From NCBI GenBank assembly GCA_963834915.1, contig CAWIDI010000006.1, positions 11,272-75,271 on the forward strand: DNA of 64,000 nt, given 5' to 3'. How positions within the stretch are numbered: the stretch's first letter is position 1; every line of letters begins with the position of its first letter. The notes beneath the pieces were generated by a model, which searched no databases, was not told the origin of the DNA, and worked only from the letters and a program-made list of their open reading frames with translations. The position numbers and the translations under genes are program-made. Below are positions 17,869 through 26,152 of this stretch, in pieces. This DNA is from an uncultured Chloroflexia bacterium (GTDB taxonomy: Bacteria; Chloroflexota; Limnocylindria; Limnocylindrales; CSP1-4).

Positions 17869-19187
17869 ATCCCTCCTCCCCGTCCCAGGCCTCCTCCGCC
17901 CCGCAAGGGGCGGAGGAGGCAGCCCTCGCCGGGCCTCTCTCCCGGCGAGGGTTCCTTCGGGCCGCGACCGTCACGGGCGCGGGCATCGTCGCGACCACGG
18001 TCGTGGCCTGCACGCCGCCCGTCGCGGCCCGCGGCTGGACCTACGCCCCGGCGACCCCGGGGCCGTACGCCCCCAGCCCGGCAGCGTCGGCCGATGCGAG
18101 CGCGGCGCCGTCCGCGTCGGTCGCCCCATCGATGGATCACGCGTCGGGGTCGGCGTCGCCTGCGCCCAGCGCGAGCCCGCCCGTCGACCACGACGCGATG
18201 GCCCTGGCCGTGGTCAAGCGGTTCCTCGGCGGCGAGAGCGCCGCGATGGAGGGCAGCGGCAACCAGCCGCTCGAGCCCACGGTCGATGGCGACACCAAGG
18301 TGTTCGAGCTCACGGTCGACCCGATCAAGCACAAGATCGACGCCAACGCCAAGGACCTCGACGCGCTCGGCTTCAACGGGACATGGCCGGGACCGCGGAT
18401 CACGGTCACCGAGGGTGACAAGGTCCGCGCCATCTTCAAGAACAACATGGCCGAGTCCACCGGGATCCATTTCCATGGCCAGCGCGTGCCGAACGCGATG
18501 GACGGCGTCCCGCACATCACCCAGGACCCGATCCCGCCGGGCGGCAGCTTCACCTACGAGTTCGTGGCGAAGATGTCCGGCTCGCACATGTACCACTCGC
18601 ACCACAACGCCACCGACCAGGTGGGGCGCGGGCTGCTCGGGGCGTTCATCGTCGAGCCGAAGGACCCCGCCGAGCGCTACGACAAGCTGTACGGCGCGAC
18701 CCAGGACATCGTCTGGATCAGCAATGACGCGCTCGGCGGTTTCACGATCAACGGCCGTGGGTTCCCCGCGACCGCACCGATCGTGGCGACCCTCGGCGAG
18801 ACCATCGTCATCCGGTTCATGAACGAAGGGAACATGAGCCACCCGTGGCACCTCCACGGGGTGCCGATGCGGGTCGTGGCACGGGACGGGCATCCGCTCG
18901 GGACCGCGGCGTTCACGTGCGACACCCTGGGCGTCAACCCCGGGGAGCGCTGGGACGTCGTCATCAAGTGCGACGAGCTCGGGGCGTGGGCGTTCCACTG
19001 CCACATCCTCCAGCACGCCGAAGGCCAGAACGGGATGTTCGGGATGGTCACCGCGCTGGTCGTCCAGGAAGCCGCGGCCGCATCGACGGTCGTGCCGGGG
19101 ACGACGGCCAGTGGCTCCGCCGTCGCGGCGGCCGCTCGGGCCGCTGGGTCGACCGCGTTCGCGTGTCAGGTGCCGCAGGTCAGCTAG
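17865..19187 (+). CDS. Tat-exported multicopper oxidase
   Basis: GTG 17865 overlaps the doxX stop (GTGA). Tat motif SRRGFLRAA. Copper motifs are IHFHGQ, YHSHHN, HPWHLHG and HCHILQHAEGQNGM. Confidence 0.85.
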   Translation: MNPSSPSQASSAPQGAEEAALAGPLSRRGFLRAATVTGAGIVATTVVACTPPVAARGWTYAPATPGPYAPSPAASADASAAPSASVAPSMDHASGSASPAPSASPPVDHDAMALAVVKRFLGGESAAMEGSGNQPLEPTVDGDTKVFELTVDPIKHKIDANAKDLDALGFNGTWPGPRITVTEGDKVRAIFKNNMAESTGIHFHGQRVPNAMDGVPHITQDPIPPGGSFTYEFVAKMSGSHMYHSHHNATDQVGRGLLGAFIVEPKDPAERYDKLYGATQDIVWISNDALGGFTINGRGFPATAPIVATLGETIVIRFMNEGNMSHPWHLHGVPMRVVARDGHPLGTAAFTCDTLGVNPGERWDVVIKCDELGAWAFHCHILQHAEGQNGMFGMVTALVVQEAAAASTVVPGTTASGSAVAAAARAAGSTAFACQVPQVS

Positions 19188-19314
19188 GGTCTTCCGTGCC
19201 GTCGCCGGCGCCGGCGCCCGCGCCCGTGACCGCGACCGCGACCCGCCAGCGCCCGCGATCGGCGCACGAATCACGAATCACGACGCCCGGATCGACGTGG
19301 TCGACCCGGGCGTT

Positions 19315-19405
19315 CGATATGCACGATCTGCGCGACGGAAGTCGTTGGTGTTCGGGGTATCCATATCGGATGCATATGCATCCGAGTGGCATACGCCAGG
19401 CGTGT
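19315..19405. repeat. Dispersed AT-rich intergenic element, copy A
   Basis: CGATATGCACG...GGATGCATATGCATCC (perfect 16-bp palindrome, 19368-19383)...GAGTGGCATACGCCAGGCGT. It is related to the copies at 22811, 40395 and 52589. Confidence 0.7.
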
Positions 19406-19408
19406 GCT

Positions 19409-19480
19409 CGGGCCAGACGGGCCAGACGGGCCAGACCGGGCCAGACGGGCCAGACCGGGCCAGACCGGGCCAGACCGGGC
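19409..19480. repeat. Tandem 9/10-nt repeat (GGGCCAGAC[C]), about 7 units
   Basis: cgGGCCAGACGGGCCAGACGGGCCAGACCGGGCCAGACGGGCCAGACCGGGCCAGACCGGGCCAGACCGGGC, ending at the stop codon of the vWA gene. Confidence 0.9.
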
Positions 19481-20574
19481 TACGGCAACCGGCCGAACCA
19501 GAGAGCGGACATGCCGGCCCCGGCCACGACCAGCACGAGCGCCGCGGCCGCGAACGCGAATGTGACCTCCTGCGTCTCCTGCGTGTAGCCGACGCGCGAT
19601 TGCAGGTTGTCGTACACGGCACTGAGGTCGTTGGCGGTCGTGGCGTCGAACGCCGTCGCGCCGGTGATCTCCGCGATCTGCGCGAGCGTCTCGGTGTCGG
19701 GCGGCACGTCCAGGGTCAGGAGCTGACCATTGTCGTCGCGGACCTGGATGCGGCCCTCCGGCGTCCCCAGCGCGATCGTGTAGACGGGGACGCCCAGCGC
19801 GGCGGCGCGGTCGGCCGCATCGAGCGGCTGCGCTTCCCCGACGGAGTTGGCCCCGTCTGACAGCAGGATCGCGGCGACCAGCGGCTGGCCGGACGGCTCG
19901 TCAGCGGGCGCCCCACTCGCGGGAGGTGCCCCACTCGAGGACGGGGCAAGGGACGCTGACGCGTCGGGCGCGGCCGACGGATCCGCGGACGGGGCCGGAG
20001 CGGCCCCGGCCGACCCGTTGTCGCTGCCTTCGGCCTTGATGGCCTCGGCGATGTCGAGGACCTGCATCAGGGCATCGCCCATGGCGGTCCCGTCGCGCGG
20101 CCGCAGACCGTCGATCGCCTCGTCCAGCGTCGCGTGGTCCGCGGTCGGCTCGACCAGCGTCTCCGGCTTCGAGGCGAACGACACGATCCCGACCCGGATC
20201 CCCTCGGGCAGCTGTGCCACGAACGACTTGGCTGCGGCCTTCGCGGCATCGAGCCGGGTCGGTGCCACATCGGTGGCCTTCATCGAGCCCGAGATGTCGA
20301 TGGCCAGGATGACCGTGGCATCTTCCCGGGGAGTGGCGAGGACCATGGTCGGGCGCGCGAGCCCAACGGCCAGCAGGGCGATGGCGACCAGGTAGAAGGC
20401 CGCAGGCACGTGGCGCCGCCACGCGGGTCGTGTCGGCGCCAGGTTCGCGAGCAGGTCCAGGTTGGTGAACCGGACCGCGTACCGGGTCCGCCGCCGCTGG
20501 ACCAGCACGTACAGGCCGAGCAGGACCGGCACAAGAAGCAGGCCCAGGAGGAGCATCGGCGCGAGGAAGTTCAT
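19480..20574 (-). CDS. vWA-domain membrane protein (BatA-like)
   Basis: MNFLAPMLLLGLLLVPVLLGLYVLVQRRR.., MIDAS motif AIDISGSM, C-terminal TM. It lies within composite ORF 19480..21594, and the ATG at 20574 overlaps the DUF58 stop. Confidence 0.85.
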   Translation of the reverse strand: MNFLAPMLLLGLLLVPVLLGLYVLVQRRRTRYAVRFTNLDLLANLAPTRPAWRRHVPAAFYLVAIALLAVGLARPTMVLATPREDATVILAIDISGSMKATDVAPTRLDAAKAAAKSFVAQLPEGIRVGIVSFASKPETLVEPTADHATLDEAIDGLRPRDGTAMGDALMQVLDIAEAIKAEGSDNGSAGAAPAPSADPSAAPDASASLAPSSSGAPPASGAPADEPSGQPLVAAILLSDGANSVGEAQPLDAADRAAALGVPVYTIALGTPEGRIQVRDDNGQLLTLDVPPDTETLAQIAEITGATAFDATTANDLSAVYDNLQSRVGYTQETQEVTFAFAAAALVLVVAGAGMSALWFGRLP

Positions 20575-21551
20575 GCGGTTCGTCCAGTCGTGTCGAGGCC
20601 GCGCGCGAACGCGGTCAGCCAGGGTCCGTCGGTGGAAAGTCGAAGGTGTCGCACGCCGAGTCGGGCGAACTCGGCGGCGAGGGCCGCGCGCTCGGTCGCG
20701 GCGGCATCGGAGAAGGTGCTGCGCAGGCGTCGGTCGCCGGTATCGATGCGCACGGTCCGGCCCGTCTCGGGATCGATCAGGGTCAGCTCGCCGACGTCGA
20801 CGAGGGTCTCCTCGCGCGGGTCGGTGATCTCGATCGCGAGGACCGTGTGGCGGCCCGCGATGGCGGTCATCTCGCGGCGCCAGTCCCGGGCGCCGCGGAA
20901 GTCCGAGATGACCACGACGAGGCCGGCGGTCGTCCGTGCCGCCGCGATGACGCGCAGGGCGCGCTGCATCGACGTCGGGCCGCCACCCTCCTCGGCCGGC
21001 TCGGCCGAGAGCGCCCGGATCAGGCCGGTGAGCCCGACCCGCCCGCCAGCGGGCGGCGTGATCGTCTCGCGCTCGCCCGAGCCGAAGGTGATGACGCCGA
21101 GCCGGTCGGTCCGTCGGGCGACGAAGCGGCCGACCACGAGCGCTGCGCCCTCGGCGACGTCCGCCTTGCGCCGGTCGGCCGTGCCGAACTGCATCGAGGC
21201 GGACTGGTCGAGGAGGACCCACGCGGTCATCTGGCGGTCCGGCACGTCCTCGCGGACCTGCGGGACCAGGCTGCGCGCGGTCGCGTTCCAGTCGATGCGG
21301 CGGACGTCGTCGCCCGGCTCGTACGGCCGGAGCCGGTCGAGGTCGAGGCCTTCGCCGAGGCCGCGGCCGCGGTGGTCGCCGGTCATCCGGCCGCCGACCC
21401 GACGGGTCAGCGACACCTCGAGCCGGCGGACGAGGTCGTCCGCGATGGGGCCGGGGCCGGGGCGCGCGGGGGTCCGTGCCCGCGCGGCCGAGGCGGCCGA
21501 GCCGATGGCCGGCCGAGCGGCTGCGCCGCTCGGCCGTACGGAACCCGTCAT
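20571..21551 (-). CDS. DUF58 domain protein
   Basis: Intact 326 aa with RPYEPGDDVRRIDWNATAR. It has 4-nt overlaps on both sides. Confidence 0.85.
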   Translation of the reverse strand: MTGSVRPSGAAARPAIGSAASAARARTPARPGPGPIADDLVRRLEVSLTRRVGGRMTGDHRGRGLGEGLDLDRLRPYEPGDDVRRIDWNATARSLVPQVREDVPDRQMTAWVLLDQSASMQFGTADRRKADVAEGAALVVGRFVARRTDRLGVITFGSGERETITPPAGGRVGLTGLIRALSAEPAEEGGGPTSMQRALRVIAAARTTAGLVVVISDFRGARDWRREMTAIAGRHTVLAIEITDPREETLVDVGELTLIDPETGRTVRIDTGDRRLRSTFSDAAATERAALAAEFARLGVRHLRLSTDGPWLTAFARGLDTTGRTA

Positions 21552-22642
21552 GCCGAGATCTCGCCCGCCATGTCGAGGTGCGGGGCGCGGACAAGGGTCA
21601 GCACCCGGGCGATGATCGCGTCGGGGGTGATCCCGTCGGCCAGCGCCGCGTAGCTGAGGATGATCCGGTGGCGGAGGACGTCGGGCGCGAGCTCGGCCAC
21701 GTCCGACGGCAGCACGTAGCGGCGGCCGCGCAGGACGGCCAGCGCGCGGGCGCCGTTGACGAGATTGATCGAGCCGCGCGGGCTGGCGCCGTACGAGACG
21801 TAGTCGGCGAGGTCCGGCGCGCCCCAGTACTCGAGCTTGCGGGTGGCCTCGACCAGCCCGACGGCGTAGCTGATGATCCGCGGGTCGACGTAGACGTCGT
21901 TGACTCGCTCCTGGAGCTGGAGCAGCTCCTCGGTGTCGAGGACCTTGCGCGGCGGCAGCCCGGGGCGGAGCGAGCGGGCGACGATCTGCGCCTCCTCGGT
22001 CGCGCTCGGGTAGCCGACCAGGATCTTGAGCATGAAGCGGTCGACCTGCGCCTCGGGGAGCGGGTAGGTGCCCTCGGCCTCGATCGGGTTCTCCGTGGCG
22101 AGGACCAGGAACGGGGAGGGGACCTGGTAGGTCGTGTGGCCGATCGTGACCTGGTGCTCCTGCATGACCTCGAGGAGGGCCGACTGGACCTTCGCCGGGG
22201 CGCGGTTGATCTCGTCCGCGAGGAGGAAGTTCGCGAAGACCGGGCCGAGCTCGGTGTCGAAGGTCGCGGCGCCCGGGCGGTAGATGCGGGTGCCGACGAG
22301 GTCGGACGGCATGAGGTCCGGCGTGAACTGGATGCGCTTGAACGAGCCGCCGAGGACGTCGGCGAGCGTCTTGATCGTCAGCGTCTTGGCGAGGCCGGGG
22401 ACGCCCTCGAGGAGGATGTGGCCCCCGGACAGCAGGCCGACGAGGATCCGCTCGAGCATCTGGTCCTGGCCGACGATGACGCGGCGGACCTCGAAGAGCA
22501 CCGATTCCGCGACGGTGCGGGCGTCGGCGGTGTCCGGCACCGAGTGGAGGTCACGCGTGGTGGTGGCGGCAGGCTCCGCGGTCGCAGCCGCGGCAGGCGC
22601 GCGGGTCGGATCGGGGGACTGGGTCATGGCGGCACATCTCAC
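21548..22642 (-). CDS. MoxR-family AAA+ ATPase
   Basis: GHILLEGVPGLAKT (Walker A) and FLLADEINRAPAKVQSALLEVMQE. Intact 364 aa. Confidence 0.9.
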   Translation of the reverse strand: MRCAAMTQSPDPTRAPAAAATAEPAATTTRDLHSVPDTADARTVAESVLFEVRRVIVGQDQMLERILVGLLSGGHILLEGVPGLAKTLTIKTLADVLGGSFKRIQFTPDLMPSDLVGTRIYRPGAATFDTELGPVFANFLLADEINRAPAKVQSALLEVMQEHQVTIGHTTYQVPSPFLVLATENPIEAEGTYPLPEAQVDRFMLKILVGYPSATEEAQIVARSLRPGLPPRKVLDTEELLQLQERVNDVYVDPRIISYAVGLVEATRKLEYWGAPDLADYVSYGASPRGSINLVNGARALAVLRGRRYVLPSDVAELAPDVLRHRIILSYAALADGITPDAIIARVLTLVRAPHLDMAGEISA

Positions 22643-22810
22643 GGTTCGGGTGGGTGGTCGGATGGCTCGAGTCGAGCCCGTTGCCGCCCACTATCGCGTC
22701 CATTTCTGAAGGCACGGTGAGAGGACCGGTTTGGAAATCTGAATATCGTCGGGGTGGCCGCAGCGGTCCGGCGGGCTCCCCGTCGCGTGCTCCAGCCCGG
22801 CACGCCGCCG

Positions 22811-22930
22811 GAATCCTTATGCATGTCGGATGCATATGCCCCCCTTGGCGATCCGTCCGCTCGAGCACCCGTGAATATGCATCCGAGGTGCATACCGAAT
22901 CGGGTTGCCCCCCGGACGGGCGCAACCCCG
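22811..22930. repeat. Dispersed AT-rich intergenic element, copy B
   Basis: TTATGCATGTCGGATGCATATGCC...GTGAATATGCATCCGAGGTGCATACCGAATCGGG, then hairpin GGGTTGC-N13-GCAACCC (22902-22928). Confidence 0.7.
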
Positions 22931-22942
22931 TACGATGAGCGC

Positions 22943-23776
22943 GTGAAGCTCAACGTCGCCCTCGTCCAGCTCGACGCCACCGGTGACGTCGACGCGAACA
23001 TCGAGCGCGCGACCACCCTCGCGGACGAAGCGGCCGCGGGCGGCGCCCGGCTGGTCGCGCTCCCTGAATACCTCCAATACCGCGGCCCCGACGACGGCTT
23101 CCGCGCCAGCGCGCGCCCGATCCCGGGCGAGCACACCACCGCCTTCGCCGAGGTCGCGCGACGGCATGGCACCTGGATCCTCGTCGGCAGCCTGGCCGAG
23201 GCCTCCGCCGACCCGCTCCGCCCCTTCAACACCAGCGTCCTGATCGACCCGGCCGGCGAGATCAGCGCCACCTACCGCAAGATCCACCTCTTCGACGTCG
23301 CGGTCGACGAAGGGCCGGCGGACACGGAGTCCAAGCGGGTCAGCGCCGGCGACTCGACGACGGTCGCCGAGGTGGACGGCACGAAGCTCGGGATGACCAT
23401 CTGCTACGACGTCCGCTTCCCCGAGCTCTACCGCACGCTCGCGCTCGCCGGCGCCGAGATCCTCACCGTCCCTGCCAACTTCACCGAACGCACCGGTCGC
23501 GACCACTGGGAGGTCCTGCTTCGCGCGCGGGCCATCGAGAATGGCGCGTACGTCCTCGCCCCGGCGCAGACCGGCGGCGGTCCCAAGGCGCCGGCGTACG
23601 GCCGGAGCATGGTCGTCGATCCGTGGGGGACCGTGATCGCCCAGGCCGCCGACACGGTCGGGATCATCCGCGCGGAGCTCGACCTCGACCGCGTCGCCGC
23701 GGTCCGCCGCCAGATCCCGGCCCTCGCGAACCGCCGTCCGGAGACCTATTCCGTGGCGGGTTCGCCCGGGAGGTAG
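22943..23776 (+). CDS. Carbon-nitrogen hydrolase (nitrilase superfamily)
   Basis: GTG 22943 (VKLNVALVQLD). E-K-C triad context is LVALPEY, YRKIHLFD and GMTICYDVRFPE. Confidence 0.85.
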   Translation: MKLNVALVQLDATGDVDANIERATTLADEAAAGGARLVALPEYLQYRGPDDGFRASARPIPGEHTTAFAEVARRHGTWILVGSLAEASADPLRPFNTSVLIDPAGEISATYRKIHLFDVAVDEGPADTESKRVSAGDSTTVAEVDGTKLGMTICYDVRFPELYRTLALAGAEILTVPANFTERTGRDHWEVLLRARAIENGAYVLAPAQTGGGPKAPAYGRSMVVDPWGTVIAQAADTVGIIRAELDLDRVAAVRRQIPALANRRPETYSVAGSPGR

Positions 23777-25332
23777 ATGCTGAACGAGGCGCCCCTGCCC
23801 GGCACCGGCGGCTCCAGGACGAGGTCCCCGTCCATCGCCCGGCACAGCTCGCGCGAGACGTAGAGCCCGAGTCCGGACCCTTCGAGCCCCGACCCTTCGA
23901 AGCCGCCCATCGAGTCGGACGACGGTTGCGTGCCGCGCTGGAACCGGCCGAACAGCCGATCGCGATCGGCCTCGGAGACCCCGCGGCCGCCGTCGGTGAT
24001 CGTCACCCGGAGCTGGGAGACGTCCGGCGACGCGGCGATGGTGATGAGCTCGACGGAGACGGGCTGCCGCTCCCCGTACTTCACGGCGTTGTCGAGCAGG
24101 GCCCAGAGGACCTGGTCGAGCTGGTCGGCATCGGCGATGGCCAGCCACCCGTCGGAGCGGTCGTCGAGCGTGAACGCGACGCCATCGGCGCCGAGCGCCT
24201 CCCAGGCCTTGCGCACTCGGCCGCCGAGCGCGACCACGTCGGCCTTCGGCTTGAAGGCACCCGACTCGAGCCGCGTGACGGTCAGCAGCTGGCGGACCAT
24301 CCGTGACAGCCGCTCCGATTGCTCCGCGATGATCCCGAGCCGGCGGTCCGGCCGGTCCTCGTGGAGCTGCTCCGCGTGCGCGCGGATCGAGGTCAAAGGC
24401 GTCTGGAGGTTGTGGCTGACGCCGCGGAGGAACTCGTCCTTGGCCGCGTCGAGCTCGATGAGCTGCGCATTCTGCTGGTCGACCTGGGCGAACAGCTGCG
24501 CGTTGCGGATGGCGACGCCCACATTGCTCGCGAACAGCTCCAGCAGGTCCCCGTCGGCGCGCTCCCAAGACCTGGTCGCGGGCAGCCGACCGAACAGCAC
24601 GCCCAGTTCCTCGCCGCCCGCCCGGAGCACCGCCCGCAGCGGCCGCGACTCCCCGGGGACCGCGTCCATGATCGGGATATGGGCGGGATCGCCCAGGTAG
24701 ACCACCGCGTCGATCATCCCGAACGCGGCCTTCGCGTCGTCGGCGGCCCGTGAGGCCAGGAACTGGACCCCGTCCCGTGGCGAGACCGCCTCGATGGCCG
24801 CCAGGATCCGGCCCAGCTCCAGGTTTCGACGGAGCAGGTCGGCGGCCAGGCGATTGTGGCTCTCGGCGAGGTGCGCCAGCTCGTCGTCGCCCGCGATCTG
24901 GATCGGCTGCGAGAGATCGCCCGCGGAGACGCGGTCCACCGCCTGCGCGAAGCCCCGCAGCGGCGAGGTGAGATCCTCGACCAGCAGGTACGAACCGATG
25001 ATCGCGAGCGTGATCACGATGGCCAGCGCGAAGAGCAGCAGCCGCGCGACGGTCGGGTCGAGCGGCCCGTCGACGAGCACGACCACGATCCCGAGGGCGA
25101 TCAGGCAGAAGATCGCCAGCGGCAGGATCGCGCTCAGGAGGAGCGACAGCGTGAGCCGGGTCCGGAACGCGAATCGCGACGTCCGGCCGGGGGCGGTGGC
25201 GCGGACCGGGGCCGGGACCGGGACCGCCGGTCGGCCCCCCAGGCTCGACGCCGATGGCGCGACGGGCCGCGCCAGCACGGGCGACGTGGACCTCGGCGAC
25301 CGGCCGGAAGCGCCGCGCTGCTCGTCAGCCAT
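23746..25332 (-). CDS. Sensor histidine kinase (TM-HAMP-GAF-HisKA-HATPase)
   Basis: MADEQRG.. at 25332. HAMP DLTSPLRGFAQAVDRVSAGDL, H-box FLRGVSHNLQTPLTSI, and G-box GSGLGLYVSREL. Confidence 0.88.
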   Translation of the reverse strand: MADEQRGASGRSPRSTSPVLARPVAPSASSLGGRPAVPVPAPVRATAPGRTSRFAFRTRLTLSLLLSAILPLAIFCLIALGIVVVLVDGPLDPTVARLLLFALAIVITLAIIGSYLLVEDLTSPLRGFAQAVDRVSAGDLSQPIQIAGDDELAHLAESHNRLAADLLRRNLELGRILAAIEAVSPRDGVQFLASRAADDAKAAFGMIDAVVYLGDPAHIPIMDAVPGESRPLRAVLRAGGEELGVLFGRLPATRSWERADGDLLELFASNVGVAIRNAQLFAQVDQQNAQLIELDAAKDEFLRGVSHNLQTPLTSIRAHAEQLHEDRPDRRLGIIAEQSERLSRMVRQLLTVTRLESGAFKPKADVVALGGRVRKAWEALGADGVAFTLDDRSDGWLAIADADQLDQVLWALLDNAVKYGERQPVSVELITIAASPDVSQLRVTITDGGRGVSEADRDRLFGRFQRGTQPSSDSMGGFEGSGLEGSGLGLYVSRELCRAMDGDLVLEPPVPGRGASFSIYLPGEPATE

Positions 25333-25337
25333 GTCCC

Positions 25338-26073
25338 TCAGCCTCCGGCCGGATCGTCCGCGGAGACCAGTCGATACCCGACGCCGCGGACCGTCAGCAG
25401 GTGGGCCGGCTTGTTGGGATCCATCTCCAGCTTCTGGCGCAGCCGGCGCATCGTGACCCACACGTAGGAGGGATCGGCGTCCTCGGTCTCGGCCCAGCCG
25501 CGGACGAGCAGCGTCTCGGTCGGGACCGTGATGCTGAGGTTGGCGGCGAGCGCGTACAGCAGCCGCGATTCGGTCGGTGTCAGCTTGACGGTCTGGGTGC
25601 CCACGGTCGCCTCGCGACGATGCAGGTCGAGGGTCAGGTCCGGCCCGAGGACCAGGCTCCGTCGCGGCACCTTGTCGCCGAGCCGGCGCAGGACCCGGTT
25701 GATGCGCGCCCGCAGCTCCGGGTAGTGGTAGGGCTTGGTGATGTAGTCCTCGGCCACCTCGTCGAGGAGGTCGGCCTTCGAATCCCCGGCATCGATCGCG
25801 GACAGCACGATGATCGGCAGGTCGGCCATCGCCTTGATCTCGCGGGCGAGGGACAGCCCGTCGCGACGGGGCATCATCATGTCGATGAGGAGGAGATCCG
25901 GCCACGCCGTTTCGAGGCGACGCGCGGCTTCCACCCCGTCCCGTGCCGTGGTGACGAGATACCCATCGTTCCGCGAGCTGGTTCGCGAGGAGCACCAGGA
26001 GATCGGCGTCGTCGTCGACGAGCAGGATCCGCGGGGCGCCCACGCCGTACCCCGTCGAGCCGATGGGGCCCAT
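25338..26073 (-). CDS. OmpR-family response regulator (1 apparent frameshift near 25975)
   Basis: PRILLVDDDADLLVLLANQL (frame of ORF 23746..26304) joins NDGYLVTTARDG...LLLIDMMMP...ITKPYHYPEL...VRGVGYRL (frame of ORF 25338..). Confidence 0.85.
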
Positions 26074-26152
26074 TCGCGCACCGCCATCCGAACCGCCGCC
26101 GAGCATGCCGGGAGGATAGCAGCGGCATCCCGGCCCGACGACGGGACAAAGG

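Noticed and set aside
19368-19383. Reading the TGCAT/ATGCA palindromes of the dispersed element as ARG-box-like (ArgR) or another known operator.
   Set aside because: The half-site spacing (2 or 5 nt) and the multiplicity do not fit my recollection of ARG boxes. No arginine genes are nearby, and the element occurs between convergent 3' ends. The assignment cannot be supported.
19409-19480. Tandem repeats at 19409, 36777, 46746, 52757 and 57250 considered as CRISPR arrays.
   Set aside because: The units are 9-28 nt and directly abutting, with no unique spacers. There are no cas genes or leader. They are micro- or minisatellites, not CRISPR.
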